Shown: piece after piece, positions 13,401 to 27,900 of the stretch
Layout: the number at the start of each line of letters is the position of its first letter
Numbering within the stretch: position 1 is the first letter of the stretch
From: Auanema rhodensis
Taxonomy: Eukaryota; Animalia; Nematoda
Assembly (NCBI GenBank): GCA_964057225.1
Contig: OZ059896.1
Span: 16,492,001-16,556,000 of the forward strand
Direction of reading: 5' to 3'
Length of the DNA stretch: 64,000 nt
Position numbers and translations under genes: made by a program
The notes under the pieces: model-generated
The model's database searches: none
Told to the model about the DNA's origin: nothing
Seen by the model: only the letters and a program-made list of their open reading frames with translations

Positions 13401-16400
13401 AGATTTAGCTTACTAATATTTGTATGGATGTAGTATGAACTTTACTGTTCCCAAAATTGATGAAATTTGGAGTTAATTAAAGATTTTAATAAGAAATATG
13501 AAGATTTATATATAAATTATATAATACAATTAATTTTAAACTGCAAAAAAGAGAAAAATTAAAAAAAAAATTGAAAATAATTGTACCTCATCATGAAAAC
13601 CTCCATGATCCAATGGTCGACTAGCCAGCGGTATGGCTAGCCAAGCAATTTTCAATGATGGATTAGCCATTTTTGCAGTCAATTGCACCGGATATGCTAT
13701 ACGGATTGAATATCAGATGATTGAAAGTGCTTGTGCTTAACAAGAAACAAATAATGATACAACACACATGCTCACAGCTCAGGCAATGTTGTAGCTTATT
13801 AAATACAGGCTGACAGGTAGATGTTGCTTCATACAAAACAGGCTATATGCATTATGAAGTCCGTACTTTTCATTCACATGTATGTTTGATTCCATGAGCT
13901 TTTTCAAAGCACAAGATGAAGATGCCTTTTTCAAGAAGAAAATTTGCGAATTAGAATGATTTAGAACGAAAGCTAATTGAATGACAATGATGTGGTAGTA
14001 CCTTAGCCAAATACTGCTAATCTCACACATGCGTCTACATAGCTAGACATCATCGTGCGTATGCTGATGTGTGAATCAGACATGACATCAGTTTTACCTA
14101 GATATATGTATATCAAGATATTGCTAAGAAAAAAGTGTAAAACTTTTTTTCTGGATGAAAAGTGTACTAATTAGTGAATAAGGAAGAATTAGAAAGGATT
14201 GTAATTGGATTGAAGCTAAGTTGAGATTGAAAGAGCAATGACATAACCGGTCTATACGTTCCTAAAGCATCAAAATGAAGAGAACGGCGTGAAAGTTGGA
14301 TGCGTGGCTGATATAGCTCGTTACGTGAAACTTACGTGATGCGAACAATTTGATTTAACAAAAGGAAGAAGCTTAGATGAAAGACTAAGGCAGACAATTT
14401 TTTTTTGTTCTCTACGGATAAGAGGGATGAAGAAAAAGTCGAGTATGCTATCGCACATTCCGTCGTTTTTATGTTTTTTTGGTAAAATGATGAGTATGCG
14501 TGTAGCTCATAGATATCTGAGGAATGTGTTGAGAGGATTTTTTTGAAAATTATGAAAAAATAGCGTGAGATTTGAATTAAATGGAATGAAGAAAATGATG
14601 AAGAAATGAGTGAATGAAACCGTGAGTTGGAAGGGGGGAGGTAACTAACGAACGAATGCTTAGAAGCATCATTGGTTGGATGCATCATATAAGCAGTGGT
14701 AAACAGCGTAACAAAATATTATAAACATCTTTTTCTTCTTTTGAATTTGTCGACTCTAGAAATGGAGACACAACGACGACGAAGAAAAGAAAAAATGATT
14801 ATGTTGATGATGACGATGATTCGGATGAAGAATGTGGCATAGAATGAAATAAACGAATAACTGAAAGCAAACGATAAACTGAAGATATGAAAGACAGTAG
14901 ATGCACCAAGGGACCACCTTGAACTTCCTCTTGTGTTTCAGGAAGATGGCGTGAAAATAAGGAAGTTTATACTTAAACCTTATAAGATAATAGACCGTTA
15001 AAGCTTATATCGGAATGTATAGAGAATATCTTGTGTTTTAACTTCATGTTGCATCATCTTGCACCATGTTGGAACTGTCATTTCTAGATTTATCATATCA
15101 CACGGGCTATATGCTTATTCATTTCTATGATTACTAACATAAAAAAACAAAAACACTATTGTGAATGAACATTCTTTTAGATGAAGGAGAAACGGAAATA
15201 ACTGAAATCGCCACTACACGTGCTTGTTATGAGCCAGGTTGCAACGTATAAATTTAGTTCGTGTACGCTCGAAAGCGGAAGACATAGGAAGCTTGTGCTA
15301 GAGAGCAGGTGCATGCATCTCAACGACGTGCTATCTAACGTGCTGCTTAGATGTTGGAAGCTTACCACTTGATCAGAGAGAAGTGTGTGAGATGTGTTGA
15401 GAGTAATAGGGATACAATCAGTCGAAACGAGAGAAAGGAGGAACACTACTTTGCAAGCATGCCTGAGAGAAGAAGGAGAGTAATAGGCTATATGAGCATA
15501 GAATAATGATGCTTCAATACTTGTAACACAAAGTAAGAATTCAAGAAGAGGAAGTGTGGATCATATAACGAATGCTTTAAGATTACCAGGGAATTAAATA
15601 AGCAGAGATTGAGCAAGTAGAGAGAGCTTTCAACATATGATTACATGCCGCATGTATCCTTACGACTTTCATAACCTTTTTTTTATTCTGTAGAAGTAAA
15701 TCCATATCGACATGAACATAAAAACACGAATAATTTTGAGTTGATAGTTGCTGAGCTGTCAGTCGACGTCACATCATGACAAAACTTCATTCAACTCTCT
15801 GGTTGCAAGGCTTCATGTTATTGAAATGGAACATGAAGACAATTTTTGTGATTTGTGAGAACCACTTTAACTAATTGTAACCTTGGCGACAGACTGCCAA
15901 ATGTCATACTTTCTACCGTAGATCGCAATTTTTCAAAATAGTTTTAGGATGATTTATCCTAATGCAATAACCGTTATAAGATCTGTTACAGACTTAGTAT
16001 ATGAGCAAAAGAGGAGAATGAGAGAAATTTCAAAAGAAAGAAAAAAGAGTTTGAGAGACTAGATTGAAGCTTTTATGCCTATACTTAAGTGAAAGAAATA
16101 TAAAAAAATGGGAAAACCTAAAAAGTATTTTAAAATTTTATTTTATTTAAGAAAACTCAATAACTGTATAAGTATATCCATACCTCATTATTCCATAATA
16201 GCATAAATAATCGTAACACGTAAAGCTTCATTCTGGACTTTATAGATAGACAGAGAGAGAGAGAGAGAGAAATAGAAAAAAAGAGAAATTTAATAGCTGA
16301 AAGATAATTCACTACAACACACAATGTGTTGCTGATGAATAGTCTAACAGAAGCTGACGTTACTGTTAGGTTTTCAGCTGATGGATATTGTTGAATGTTC

Positions 16401-17371
16401 GAACTGATTTGTAACTGATTGCTAACACCAAATTCACGCTGTCCAGCTTTTAGATTTTTATGTGCAAAAAGTTTAGAGAGGATGAAGCTTTGCAGATACA
16501 CATAACACACTGATTATATGAATTTTTTTGGTTATTTTCATATAGATATTGAACAAAGAGCACAAGAAAGACATAAAGGAACGTTACGATGATAGCCAGA
16601 GATGGTGAGGCAAAAATGAAAGAAAATATGCAAGGAAGAACCAAAATGGCAAGATGAGATGAGAATGAGGAAAGAATAATACAATCATCACATCACTGAC
16701 ATCTACAAATATTGTACCAAATATCATAGATTGATCGTTCGCTTTTCTATGACCCAACGAACGAAAAATGAGTAAAATCTGAAGCGAATGCTGCAAATGC
16801 AACGTTCTATTGATGTCCGGTTATTCTTAGGAGCTGGCTACAAGTTTTACATATTTCACCTAAAGAGATGACTAAACAATGAGTTTCAAGAAATCGCTTA
16901 TTCTTCAATAATGCTTTCCTTCATACCTCTTCTCTTTATCTCTTTCTGCCCCTTCTCTTTCTTTCTATCTCTCTTACCTGCTATCTATGTGTCTCAGTTT
17001 TGCTTTTCATTTTATATTAAGGAATATCTATACCAAGATCTCAGAAACGTTTTTTTCTTGGTACCTCAAATGCCCATTCACACCTCTTCAATATCAATTT
17101 CTCCTAATAATTGGAAATTTATCTTTCTTGTTGTTTCTTAGTAGATGATAGATTCACTGCAAAATTTATTGTTAAAATTTGCTAGATGATCAAAGTTTTC
17201 TTTTGAACAAAGCTCATTTTCAAATCGAAAATTAGGGTAATGAATGAGCATGAGACTTCTCAGAAGTGTTGAACTTATCTAAGAAGCTAAGAAAATACGG
17301 ATGAAATGACAATGAACATTATCTTTTCTAAATTTGCATATAACCTCCCTCGCTTAACGCCCTCACGCAGT

Positions 17372-17376
<5 letters not shown>

Positions 17377-17436
<60 letters not shown>
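17377..17436 (+). repeat. (CT)n microsatellite
   Basis: About 30 uninterrupted CT units. Confidence 0.97.
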
Positions 17437-17440
<4 letters not shown>

Positions 17441-19072
17441 TTCTCTCTTTAGTTCTTCCCTTTGTGTTTCTTCAAAGTTCTATTTCATCTCAACATTCAA
17501 TTTTGCCAAGTTTCTCTCATTCTATTCTCTTCAAAGTCTTCTTATTTCCGGGTTTCTATTATCTTACAAACTGAATGTTAACATGAAGTTAATAAACATT
17601 CATGAGGAATTCTTACCATTACATTCATTAATAGAATCAAAAGCGTATTTCACTAACTTCTCTGCTGGATTAAGTCCCAATTTAAAGAAAAAAATAGAAA
17701 AAATGAAGAGGCTTCATGAAGATAAATGAAAAAATGACAGATGCATTGGCCAAAAAAAATTATAAAAATAACTTACATCTCTTATGTGATTCTCATTAAA
17801 AAAAAAACAAAAACATAAATTTAACTTGTCAATTTGATGTAAATAGTTTTATTATTTTTTATTTCATTTTAGTCGCCTCCGAGAAGTAAATTTCGATTGT
17901 TTTTCTTACTAGAATTTTTTATTATTCATTTTATACTATTAAAATGCTTTTTTTATAAAATTTGGACAACATATTTGGTTCAAAAAATTATTTGTAGTTT
18001 CGAGAACATCAACAAACTGTTTCATAACGGGTATTTCTCTTCTTTTTTTTTTCTTTTTAATGTATTCTCTTTCTCTATTTCTCTTTACTTTTTTTTTTGA
18101 ATTTATCTGACTTGATGAAAGTTCTAAAGAATAAAAGGCATTGGTGGATGTTTATTTTGACATTTTCATTGCTCTTTGAATCTTCTGATTGACTTAATTT
18201 AACAAATTTTGATGAAAACTATATTAAGTATATAGAAGAAGAAAAATCAAATAAATAAAAAGTATAATAAATGAAAATATGGTTTAAAGTAAGCTAAACA
18301 ACAAAGATTTTGGTGTATCATCTGCAGTTAAGCATACAAAAATGAGAAGAAAAATAATTTTTTATTTGGTGTAAAAGCATTAGGGTGATGAAGTTGATGA
18401 TTTCTGATCCAGCAAATCTATCAAAAATGAAAATAGAAAAAAAAGAAAGAAAAAACATGAAATTCATCTGAAACGGTAAAATTGAAATGAAAAGTAAAGA
18501 GTGAGGGGGGGGGTTGAGAAAGTAATAGACAAATGATTGAAAGAAAGAAGTAGGAGGTATTTGGTATCAAGGGATAGTTGGAATGTGGTATATGGATGAA
18601 AAGGTTCAAAAGGATAAATTATAAGAAAATTGATGTATAAATTGAAGATTTTAAGAAAATATGAGTAATATTCTGTCAATTTAACCGAATAAAATGGCTG
18701 ACTGATTAACAAAGAAAAAAAAACAGAAAACGAAAAGACTGAAAAGCCCTAGATGATACTAATATGCAAAATCATTGGACCGCTATATCTCTATGTGAAT
18801 TGTCTTTTCTTCTTCATCACCACTCTTCTGGCTCTTTTTCTATTTGAAATTGTATTTCAATCTCATTTTTTTCGATTTGAACTATAATATAATGGAAAAA
18901 AATAAGAGAAAATTTATTTTTTTATTCTGTCAATATCTATCTGGTAGTTTAGAGATGAGAGCATTTTCACATAATAATGTACATGTCATTAAAAACATAT
19001 TTCATGACATTATATTTTGATAAATGGAATAGCTTTTTTTTTGAAATCTGTATATCATATAATGTATAATAA

Positions 19073-19080
<8 letters not shown>

Positions 19081-19110
<30 letters not shown>
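19081..19110. repeat. (AT)n microsatellite
   Basis: 15 AT units. Confidence 0.95.
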
Positions 19111-19113
<3 letters not shown>

Positions 19114-21659
19114 AACTAAAATATTTGGATATGGAATACAATTGATATACTACACATACACAAGTAGTATACAAGTAGTTCAAGCTTCGGACATAAGTTT
19201 AAGCTTAACTTCTTCAAGATTCAGAGATACAATAACTATAACTGTATATAGCATATAGTAAAGAAGGACATAAAACAAATATGAAAATCTATCAGATGAA
19301 ACACAAGATTTCGTGATTTCAAAAGAAATGAAAACGATTTTCATTTTGTTTTCTTTAACGTCAAAGGAAGTTATGCCGGAATTAAGGTGATCCGTTGTCC
19401 GCTGTATCACAATGGTTTATTTTGGAAAATATTTTGATATACATGTATATACATGATGCATGAACATTAAGAAACTTAGAAAATAATGTTTTAATTACAA
19501 TGTTATTCAGTTAGAAATTTTATTCTTCAATCATAAGATCAGATTTCAATATTCTTGATTATACAATGAATATATTTGTTTTTTTAATTTTTTTCTGAAG
19601 AAAAAATTAAAAACTCAAGAACATAGTGTGGCAGATCATATAGATATGAATGTATGTGTGTGTGTATGTATGGATGTATGTATTTCAATTATTTTCTTTT
19701 TAAAACGACACAGATTGTATACGCTTAATGTTTCTGTTATGTAGAATACAACATGAATCGTGATCGATAAATTCTCACCCTTTGAAACATTATATAATAT
19801 ATAAGAATAGTTTTGTTATTTTTGATTATTCATTTTCATTTTACATACATACATACTATATCATATTTTATTTTGAAGGACTAATTACCATTGAAGAATA
19901 AACTTGAACTTAAAAAATTTATAAAACATATAGATAGTAATGTTAAAAAATATATTATTATATCAAATTATAATTTTTATTTTGCCCAATGTATTTATTG
20001 ATTTGAATTATTCTTTAAAATTATTATTCTTATAAGGTATTCGAATGACAAACATTCATTAAATCATATATATATATTATTTGTACTAACTTAATGAATT
20101 TCTTATTATTTTGAAAAGATCAGTGTTTTATTTCCTTTTTACAAGTTTAAGAAAAACTTGAAATAATTATCTCAAATAAATTATATGAAATAGGATATAA
20201 ATATAAATGTTATTCATATATGAATAAGATGAGATTATAATAATTCAAGTTGAAGCTTTAACTAATGAATTTTAACTTATTAGCCTTGTTAAGTTGGTAT
20301 AATTACCTTTAAATGGCATGAGTTTAAGATTTTATCATCATTAAATCTATATTTTGATAACCAAAGTTTTAAAATTATTAGAAATGTTGAGGGAAAAAGA
20401 AGAAAGAATAAACCAAAGCATTAATGTGATTAATAAAATAAATGTATGATTAAACTATATAGATTAAAAAGTCTGATAACTATATGTATATATTTTAAAA
20501 ATAAATGAAATATATAAGATTTTCAAGAATAAAAAAGAATTGAATGAAATAGTTCTAAAGATTATATAATTAGCTATGTCAATGAATACAAATATTGTAG
20601 TTTAATTGGTTATTACATTTCAAAAGTTCTTTGGATCGATTTCTGAATTTCAAATATTTTTGGTTTAAGAATTATATGAAGAAAAAAAATAATTTCTTAA
20701 ATCTTTAAATATCTAATTAGAAATAAGATACTTCTTCTACCTTTATCCCTCCTCTTCTCTCGTGTCTCGTTTTCTGCATTTCTTTCTATATAGGATAAGG
20801 ATATCTCTTTGAAATTTCTTTTTATCTTTTCTTATTTCTTTCTTTACCTCATTCTCTTCTTCACCCTTTTAATGAAAAACATAAAAAGGTTAAATGAATC
20901 AGTTTTTGGAGAAGAATAATTACACTAATGTTCCGCTTAGCCATCCAGATGAGCAACAACAGGTTCTAGCTAGTTAGAGGCTACCATTTTTTTCACAATC
21001 TTTCAATCATATTGAACAGTATCTTCAGTAACTTCAGTTTGCTAAAATAATACAATGTTATTTCATATTGTGTTGTTTATTGAGCAAAATTTGAGCAGAA
21101 AGTCATACTCAATGTTGAAATAATAAAATTAATTATTTTCTTTTTCTTCTTCAAATGAAAAAAAGAAAACATGAAAGTCCCATATTCGGAAAACGAGGTG
21201 TCCGGACGTTTTGTGACGCTGGTTAGCCCTTCCTCCCTTGAAGTTTACTCAGCGCAAACAAGAAAGCCGGCACGAGTTCAATCAGAAAAAGAAATGCTTC
21301 TTGCCGATCCAGCCTACATTCCACGAGTCTCTTCAATCAGTTTCACTGTGTATTTGTGTGTCTGCCATGAACTATTAACAGCAAACATTTTTATTGCAAC
21401 GAACTTTTTTATTTCTTCAATGCTCATTGTATTACTAATTCCTAAAATGCTGATTTAGTGCAAAAAAGGTTGCAAAAGGAAAGGCTTTGAGTTTAAAATT
21501 TGCCCAAATTTATGCTTTTTTTGCATTTTCTTAGTTGTTCCTATTACAAACGCTTTCGTTTTCTCTCAAAAACAAATTAAAAAATGAATTTTTTCAATTC
21601 ATTTACACACACATATATATATATTTATAATTTGTATTTTATTTCAGCCTTGGTCACCT

Positions 21660-21934
21660 ATGAAACAAGGAAAATACTCTAAACGGTCAAGGAGTACACA
21701 GCCCAGAGATGGATCTAAGACAACATGCTTCATAGAAAAATGGGGAAACAGTCGTATGCAAGTATATATTGAAATATTTATTCTAAAAAATTTGAATTGA
21801 CATCAAGAAAGAAGAAAATTAATTATTATTTTCTTCATTCAACAGTTGTCTTCTTATAGAATTCCTGTAGCCAACCTGTATTAGTACATCCAGATGCAAA
21901 TGATTCATCAGACTTATATTATTTATCTCGTAAG
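21660..21934 (+). CDS. Putative upstream coding exons (21660-21761, 21860-21934) of a long isoform of the RasGEF gene
   Basis: TTTCAG acceptor ends at 21647. MKQGKYSKRSRSTQPRDGSKTTCFIEKWGNSRMQ|gtatat..ttatag|NSCSQPVLVHPDANDSSDLYYLSRK|gtaaag. The phase-0 donor joins in frame to the TTTTCAG acceptor at 32940 (AAC ATG TTG...). No homology support. Confidence 0.5.
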
Positions 21935-24900
21935 GTAAAGTTGAATATTATTTTAAAATAAAATAATAATTAAATAAAAATCTTTTCTTTTCACTTAAAT
22001 ATTTACATAAAAATGAATTTTGACATACGTTGACTTTAATCTCATTTCATTTTGCATAGCGATGCTAAGCGGTTGCATTATTAGCAGAAAATCATGTCTT
22101 TATAGAGAAATGAGGCAAGTTTCAAGTAAATATTACATATAATATCTAATTTTATAAAAGACATGAAATACAGAAAAGGCTGAAAAACAAGTTTTTATTT
22201 TCTTGATTTGGAATTTAAATTCTTTTTTTCACAGTTGTTTAGTCTGCTTTGTTCGTAAACTATAAGAATACCAACTATTATTTCAAGAGATATATCTAAC
22301 TTCCTATTATATATTAGTATGTTTCATGTAATATATACATATATATGTTATTCTAATCAGTTTTATCAATCTTGTCATGATAAAAATCGACAAAATGATT
22401 TCCTTCTTTCTTCTATATATTCATTAGTTTAATCAGCTCTTTTAATCATATTAATATATAATATACATGTACTAAAGTCTATTGTATATATATATTTATA
22501 TATTATTATAACTATATGTATAGTTTATCGAATATATCATCGAATTTTTCTAAACATTTCGGTCAAAAGAGACGAAAAAAACCTGTAAAATGTAATGAGT
22601 GAATTAGAATTATAACTTGAATCATGTAAAAATCAAGAATTTTAATCCACATCAAGATGATATTGATAAACGAAAACATATGAATACACATGTCTTGATG
22701 TTCTAACATTCGTTGTTGTTTGTTGTTTCAGATGTTTTTTTCTCTCTCAATCATTATGTAATTACTCATCTTGAAGCTGTCTTCCATGCAACAAATGCCA
22801 TATGACATAATACTCGAAGACAAATCAATTTTTTTTTAATTTTGCATGATCATATTCAACTATTTATTTGGTTTTTCTTCTTCATTATAATCCATGTTTT
22901 GTTATATTTCCATTATTATTTTTGAAGAAAAAAATTCTTGAATGTTCTCACATGTCCTCACCCCGTTGTTCGTAAAATTTAATCTCTTTCAGCCTTCTCT
23001 CTTCAATTATAATACTCTTTCTAGACCTCTCTGATGCGGTAAAAAACGTTGAAAGACGATGAGACTGGATCTCAGAAAATATAGAGAAGTGTCTAACCTT
23101 GGGTCATGATGTGTCGGCCGGGAAAAGGCGAATTATCTTGCACCTCTCTCTCACCTTTTCTTTTTAACTGTTTATATATCTCTCTTTCTTACCGCCTCTC
23201 TCTCTATTTCAATATCTCAATATCTTTTTCTCTCTCACTCTATAACACAAAATCTCTCTTCTCTACCTGTCTGTGATCTTTTTATTCTTCTGAAATTCTT
23301 TTTTCATGTTCTCAGTATTGCCAATGCCCTTGTATGATGACCTAATGTATATGATGGCATGTACCCACTCTTACACATGGAAACAGCCATCTCGTCCGTT
23401 TTTTCTTTGATCTCTTAAGAAAATGACACATACACACTGGGTCGTTTTCTATAGTCAAACCAATAATTTTGTGATTCTCATTCCCGCTACCGAATAATCA
23501 AGCGTTATTCCAACTTTAAAAAAAACACGGAACGTTGTCATGTCATGAACGATTGCTTAAATTATCATCTCAATACAATGATCACAGGAATTCTAATAAT
23601 GTTAACTATACTAACTGTATAAGATCTTGTCTTTTCAAAGTTGATACATGATCAATCATTCTATTTTTCATTTTTCTTTCAAATATTCAATTCAGTCAAT
23701 CATTCATCTCAGCACCCACAATCGCACCCCCTCTCCCCACCCTTTCTAACGCCTTCGTCTTACTCCACTTCCAATCTACAGCACCATCGTGGACGTCTTC
23801 TATTCTTAGACTTGATTTCTAATGTTTTCTTCAATTCATTCAATACTTTGTTCTTCGTCTCTTCACATAAATTTGATTTTCTCAAGTTTCTATGAAACGT
23901 TTATCCGCTTTCTTCATCATTTACTTCCTAAAAATTTTTTTCTCATAAAGGATTAATAGTGATTCTTGCCCTCTTTAGTTTTTAGCATATTCAATCCGCT
24001 GACAGAATCATTCAACGGACTACTGAAGCTTTCAGCCTTTATCTTCATCACTATTTTCAGAAAATTGCAAGGCTGGGCTTTCTTTTTGCCTAAGATTCAT
24101 TGTTGGCAATTAGCGGTTTCCGCTGCTACACAGAGTTTTATATCCAACTCGTCCTTTCGTCACTAAAATGATCTTCCGGTCACATTGTGTCGCTTGACGA
24201 TCTCAAGTACTTCCTCCTGAAGTCTTCAGAATTGTTGTCCTGCATGACTATCATCTGGCTTATTCCTATATTCCCCCTCCCCCATCCTTATTTATTGTTT
24301 TTCTCCTTGAAATTCTTGTAGCGTTTCCTTTTATTTTAAAGAAAAAGCCGGACAAACACTCATGCACAGATACATATACAATTTCATATGAATAGTATAT
24401 AATTTATTTTTTTTGCCAATAAAATCTCTATAACTATTCGTTGTAAGACCTAAAAAAAATGAGAAAAATTTACATTTTTAATGTATTTTACTTTCATGCA
24501 ACAACAACAGTTTTTACTCCAAACTCATAAGAAATCTTCGGTTTGCAACATATTGTGCTCCTACATATCTCATATACACTAGTTATAGTATTTACTTGTC
24601 ACTTTACTTACGAAAAAGCTGACAGCTTTCTTGCTCTTTCTTGCTCTCTTTCTTGCTCTCTCTCTCTCTCTCTCTCTCCCTTTCTCTCCACAAAACGTTA
24701 CATTTTAGGTTCAAATAGCTAAGAAGCCTGAGGCAAAACGTAACTTTAAGTGAATAAGAAATAAGAAAAAATAACCGAAAAAGATGTGTAAAACGATGAT
24801 GCTGACAACTATTCGTTCTTGCTGCTTGTCCTCCTCAACGCCTATACTTCAGATGCATCTTATAACTTGCCTGCTATTATCCAGTCTCTGTATCGACTAT

Positions 24901-27900
24901 CCACCTTATTACCTTTGTTAGGCAATTTTGCATGACAACATCTTCTTGTTCAACTTATTACTTTTGGTAAAGTTCTTCTTCTTCATCATCTTCATCTATT
25001 TTCTCACCAGATGTCCATCGTCGTTGTTCTCATTCATTTGTAGTTTTTATATTGTCTGACGTTATGGCTTTGAAACTTTTTTTTATTCTTTTTCTCATTC
25101 GTTCACCGATTTCCCTGCGACTTTCTGTCATTTAAACCATATGGGTTGAACAAACGTGATGCTGAAACATCAGAGACACATGAACGTCATCTTGTATCTG
25201 AGTCATGTTTCTGACACACTCTCATCCATCCCTGTTTGCAGCCGCATCATCAGTAGCAGCAGTAGCACTCACAGAATTTCACACATTGTTTTCGGACGGC
25301 TCGTTTGATTTCTGGAAATGATAATATGTGTATAGACGTATCATTTGAAGTTAAAGACGACTTCTGCGTTGAATGTCACTCGTTCATCTTTGAATTACTC
25401 TACGCTAATCCTACGGCATAAGGACTATGCGTGGCTTCAATATTCTGTTGACAGCATTAACTTCTCTCTTTCTTATCTTCGACGTCTTCTTCATTTCCTC
25501 ATTGTATTTACAGTTTTGTGTTCTGGTCTCGTACGGTGTGTTAGCTGAACTCATTAAGCGAAGTTGATCTGATTGCTTAAGATACAAAATAAGTCAAGAG
25601 AGTTAGAGATTGAGTAAGATATCTTCTCTCGTTATCATCCTCTCGTTTCTTGTTAGTCTACTCTCTGACACATCTTCCTATATTTGGACAACGGATTTAA
25701 TGTGTTGCCAAACAATAAACTGACTCAATAACTCTCTCCTATTCTCTGTTTCTTTGAATTCTGAAGTTGCTGCAACTGCTCCTTTCCTTCCTTCTCATTA
25801 ATTTTTCATGAACAAACGCTCATCGCCAAGCGTTTTTTGCCTCAAAAAATGTGCCGAGTTGTAGAAAAGTTGCATATTTAAGATGAGCTTGAGAGTTCAG
25901 AACGATTGTCTAGTGTTTGATTTGATCCCTTCGATTGGCTGCTTCTTCATAGAAGTCGTCCGACAGATCTTCGTAGCATTTCCACTGTCTGAGCAGCTTC
26001 AACGACTTCAACTTGACCTTGATCTTTATTTTTTTCTTCAACTCTTCGTCTTATCATCTAAGGGATGAGTTGAATCGTGATCGCTTAATCCAACATATGC
26101 TTCTCCAGCTTAACATCAACAATATCCAGCTTACTAAGCTTTGACTTGTAACAGTTTGATGCTCTCATTTGATCTGATCATGAACAATCTAGATCACAAT
26201 ATTGGTATTCCCACTCTCCTATAATTGTTATTGCCATACCTCTCCCCTTCTTTTTCTTCTCTCTCTTCTTGTCTATCTCATAAAAAGTTCTCATGGAATT
26301 TGATAAGAATTTCATTTACAACATGCTTCTCTATGTGTGGCCTTGTCATCTCCTCATGATCAATTATACTAAAAACAACATTTTTTTCATCAGAAATCAG
26401 TCATGTGAATTGATATTTCTCTTTATAATATTCATTTTAAAACAATATCTTCTAATGACAATTCTAGACACTGTATGTGTGAAACAACATGCTAAAAACA
26501 TTCGAAAGATGAAGAGAGAGAAAGAGAGAAAATCACTTGAAATCGTCTTTATACAACAACATTTTTGTTCCATTCCACTATATTATCATCTTAAGCAATT
26601 CTTAGATCTTATGTTTTATCTGTTATTATACTATTATGATTATACATGTTTATATCATATCAAATGATGATTAGATATGCTCAGATATAGTCAACAAGAC
26701 AGAAATAGTTGATCATAGTATTATTAGTTATTGTGATATAACAATCTAACAACAAATCTAGTACCTCATTTGAGATGTTAAATCAACTTCAATCAAATTT
26801 TATTCATTTTTTATAAATTTTGTTCTCTGTACTTTGATTCAAATACAATTATATAAAGTGAATAATGTATTTGTTATCTAAGAATTAAGTATCATACACC
26901 ATTATATATTTGATTTTTAATAGTTTTTTTTTTGAAAAAATAAAAAAAGAATTGAACTTTATTCTATCAACATGTTCTTTCATTTACTTTATTTTCATCA
27001 ATATTTCAATTAAACAACTTGAACAAACTTTAAAAAACAATAATTTTTCCTAAGTACATAGTTTGCTATCATTGTATCTATATTTTTATTCATTAAATAC
27101 AATTTTATCGTTGAAAATGACATTTTTACTTCAAAAATATCTCATCACGTCATGTCAAGTTATCAGTTTGCTTTTGATATTATGCTCTTTGAATGTGTGA
27201 ACTTAGTATAGGTTTCAGGTTATTCCCTAGTGCTCAATTACCATTTCCGATCATTTACCTCGACATTTTTCATTTTTAATATCTCAATGAATCTCCCTGC
27301 CAACCATCTGACCTAGTCATCGTTAACTGTCTCATTCTCTTTCCGCCTCTCTTTTCCTTGTTCTCTTTCTTCCTTTTTTCGAAGAGTCTGCCAGTTAGTC
27401 TCAGTCATTCACCTTACTAAACCATCTGTTTATTGCAGTAGTTGCTACCAACATTGGTTCAAATACTACAATTCATTTTCTATTTCATCTATCACATATA
27501 CATACATATATAAATGAATATATAACCTAATGTGTTATATAATTAAGCTAACTATATTGACATAAGGTAGGTTAACTATACGATATACAACTTGTCATTC
27601 TATATACTTTAAACATTATAAACATTGACAATGTACATCCAACATGAACATGTATACAAGAAATCCGTCTTTTACCTAATTTCCAAATTCCGATGTGTTC
27701 ATTCGTTTGGAATAATATCATCGTCCATCTTTCTCAAAATTCATCTTTATCATTTTCTTCGATCTCATCATACATTTCTATATAAATATATAAATTTTTA
27801 ATTTTCAAAGGTAAAGAGAAGTATCATTGTTGCTCAATCAATGTATTTTCATTCTATACTGTTATATCTGATACAATCTTTCATTTCATCAAATATATTT

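Noticed and set aside
18016-18023. CTGTTTCA piRNA (Ruby) motif, suggesting a piRNA cluster
   Set aside because: Only one perfect copy noticed; expected by chance in 64 kb of AT-rich DNA.
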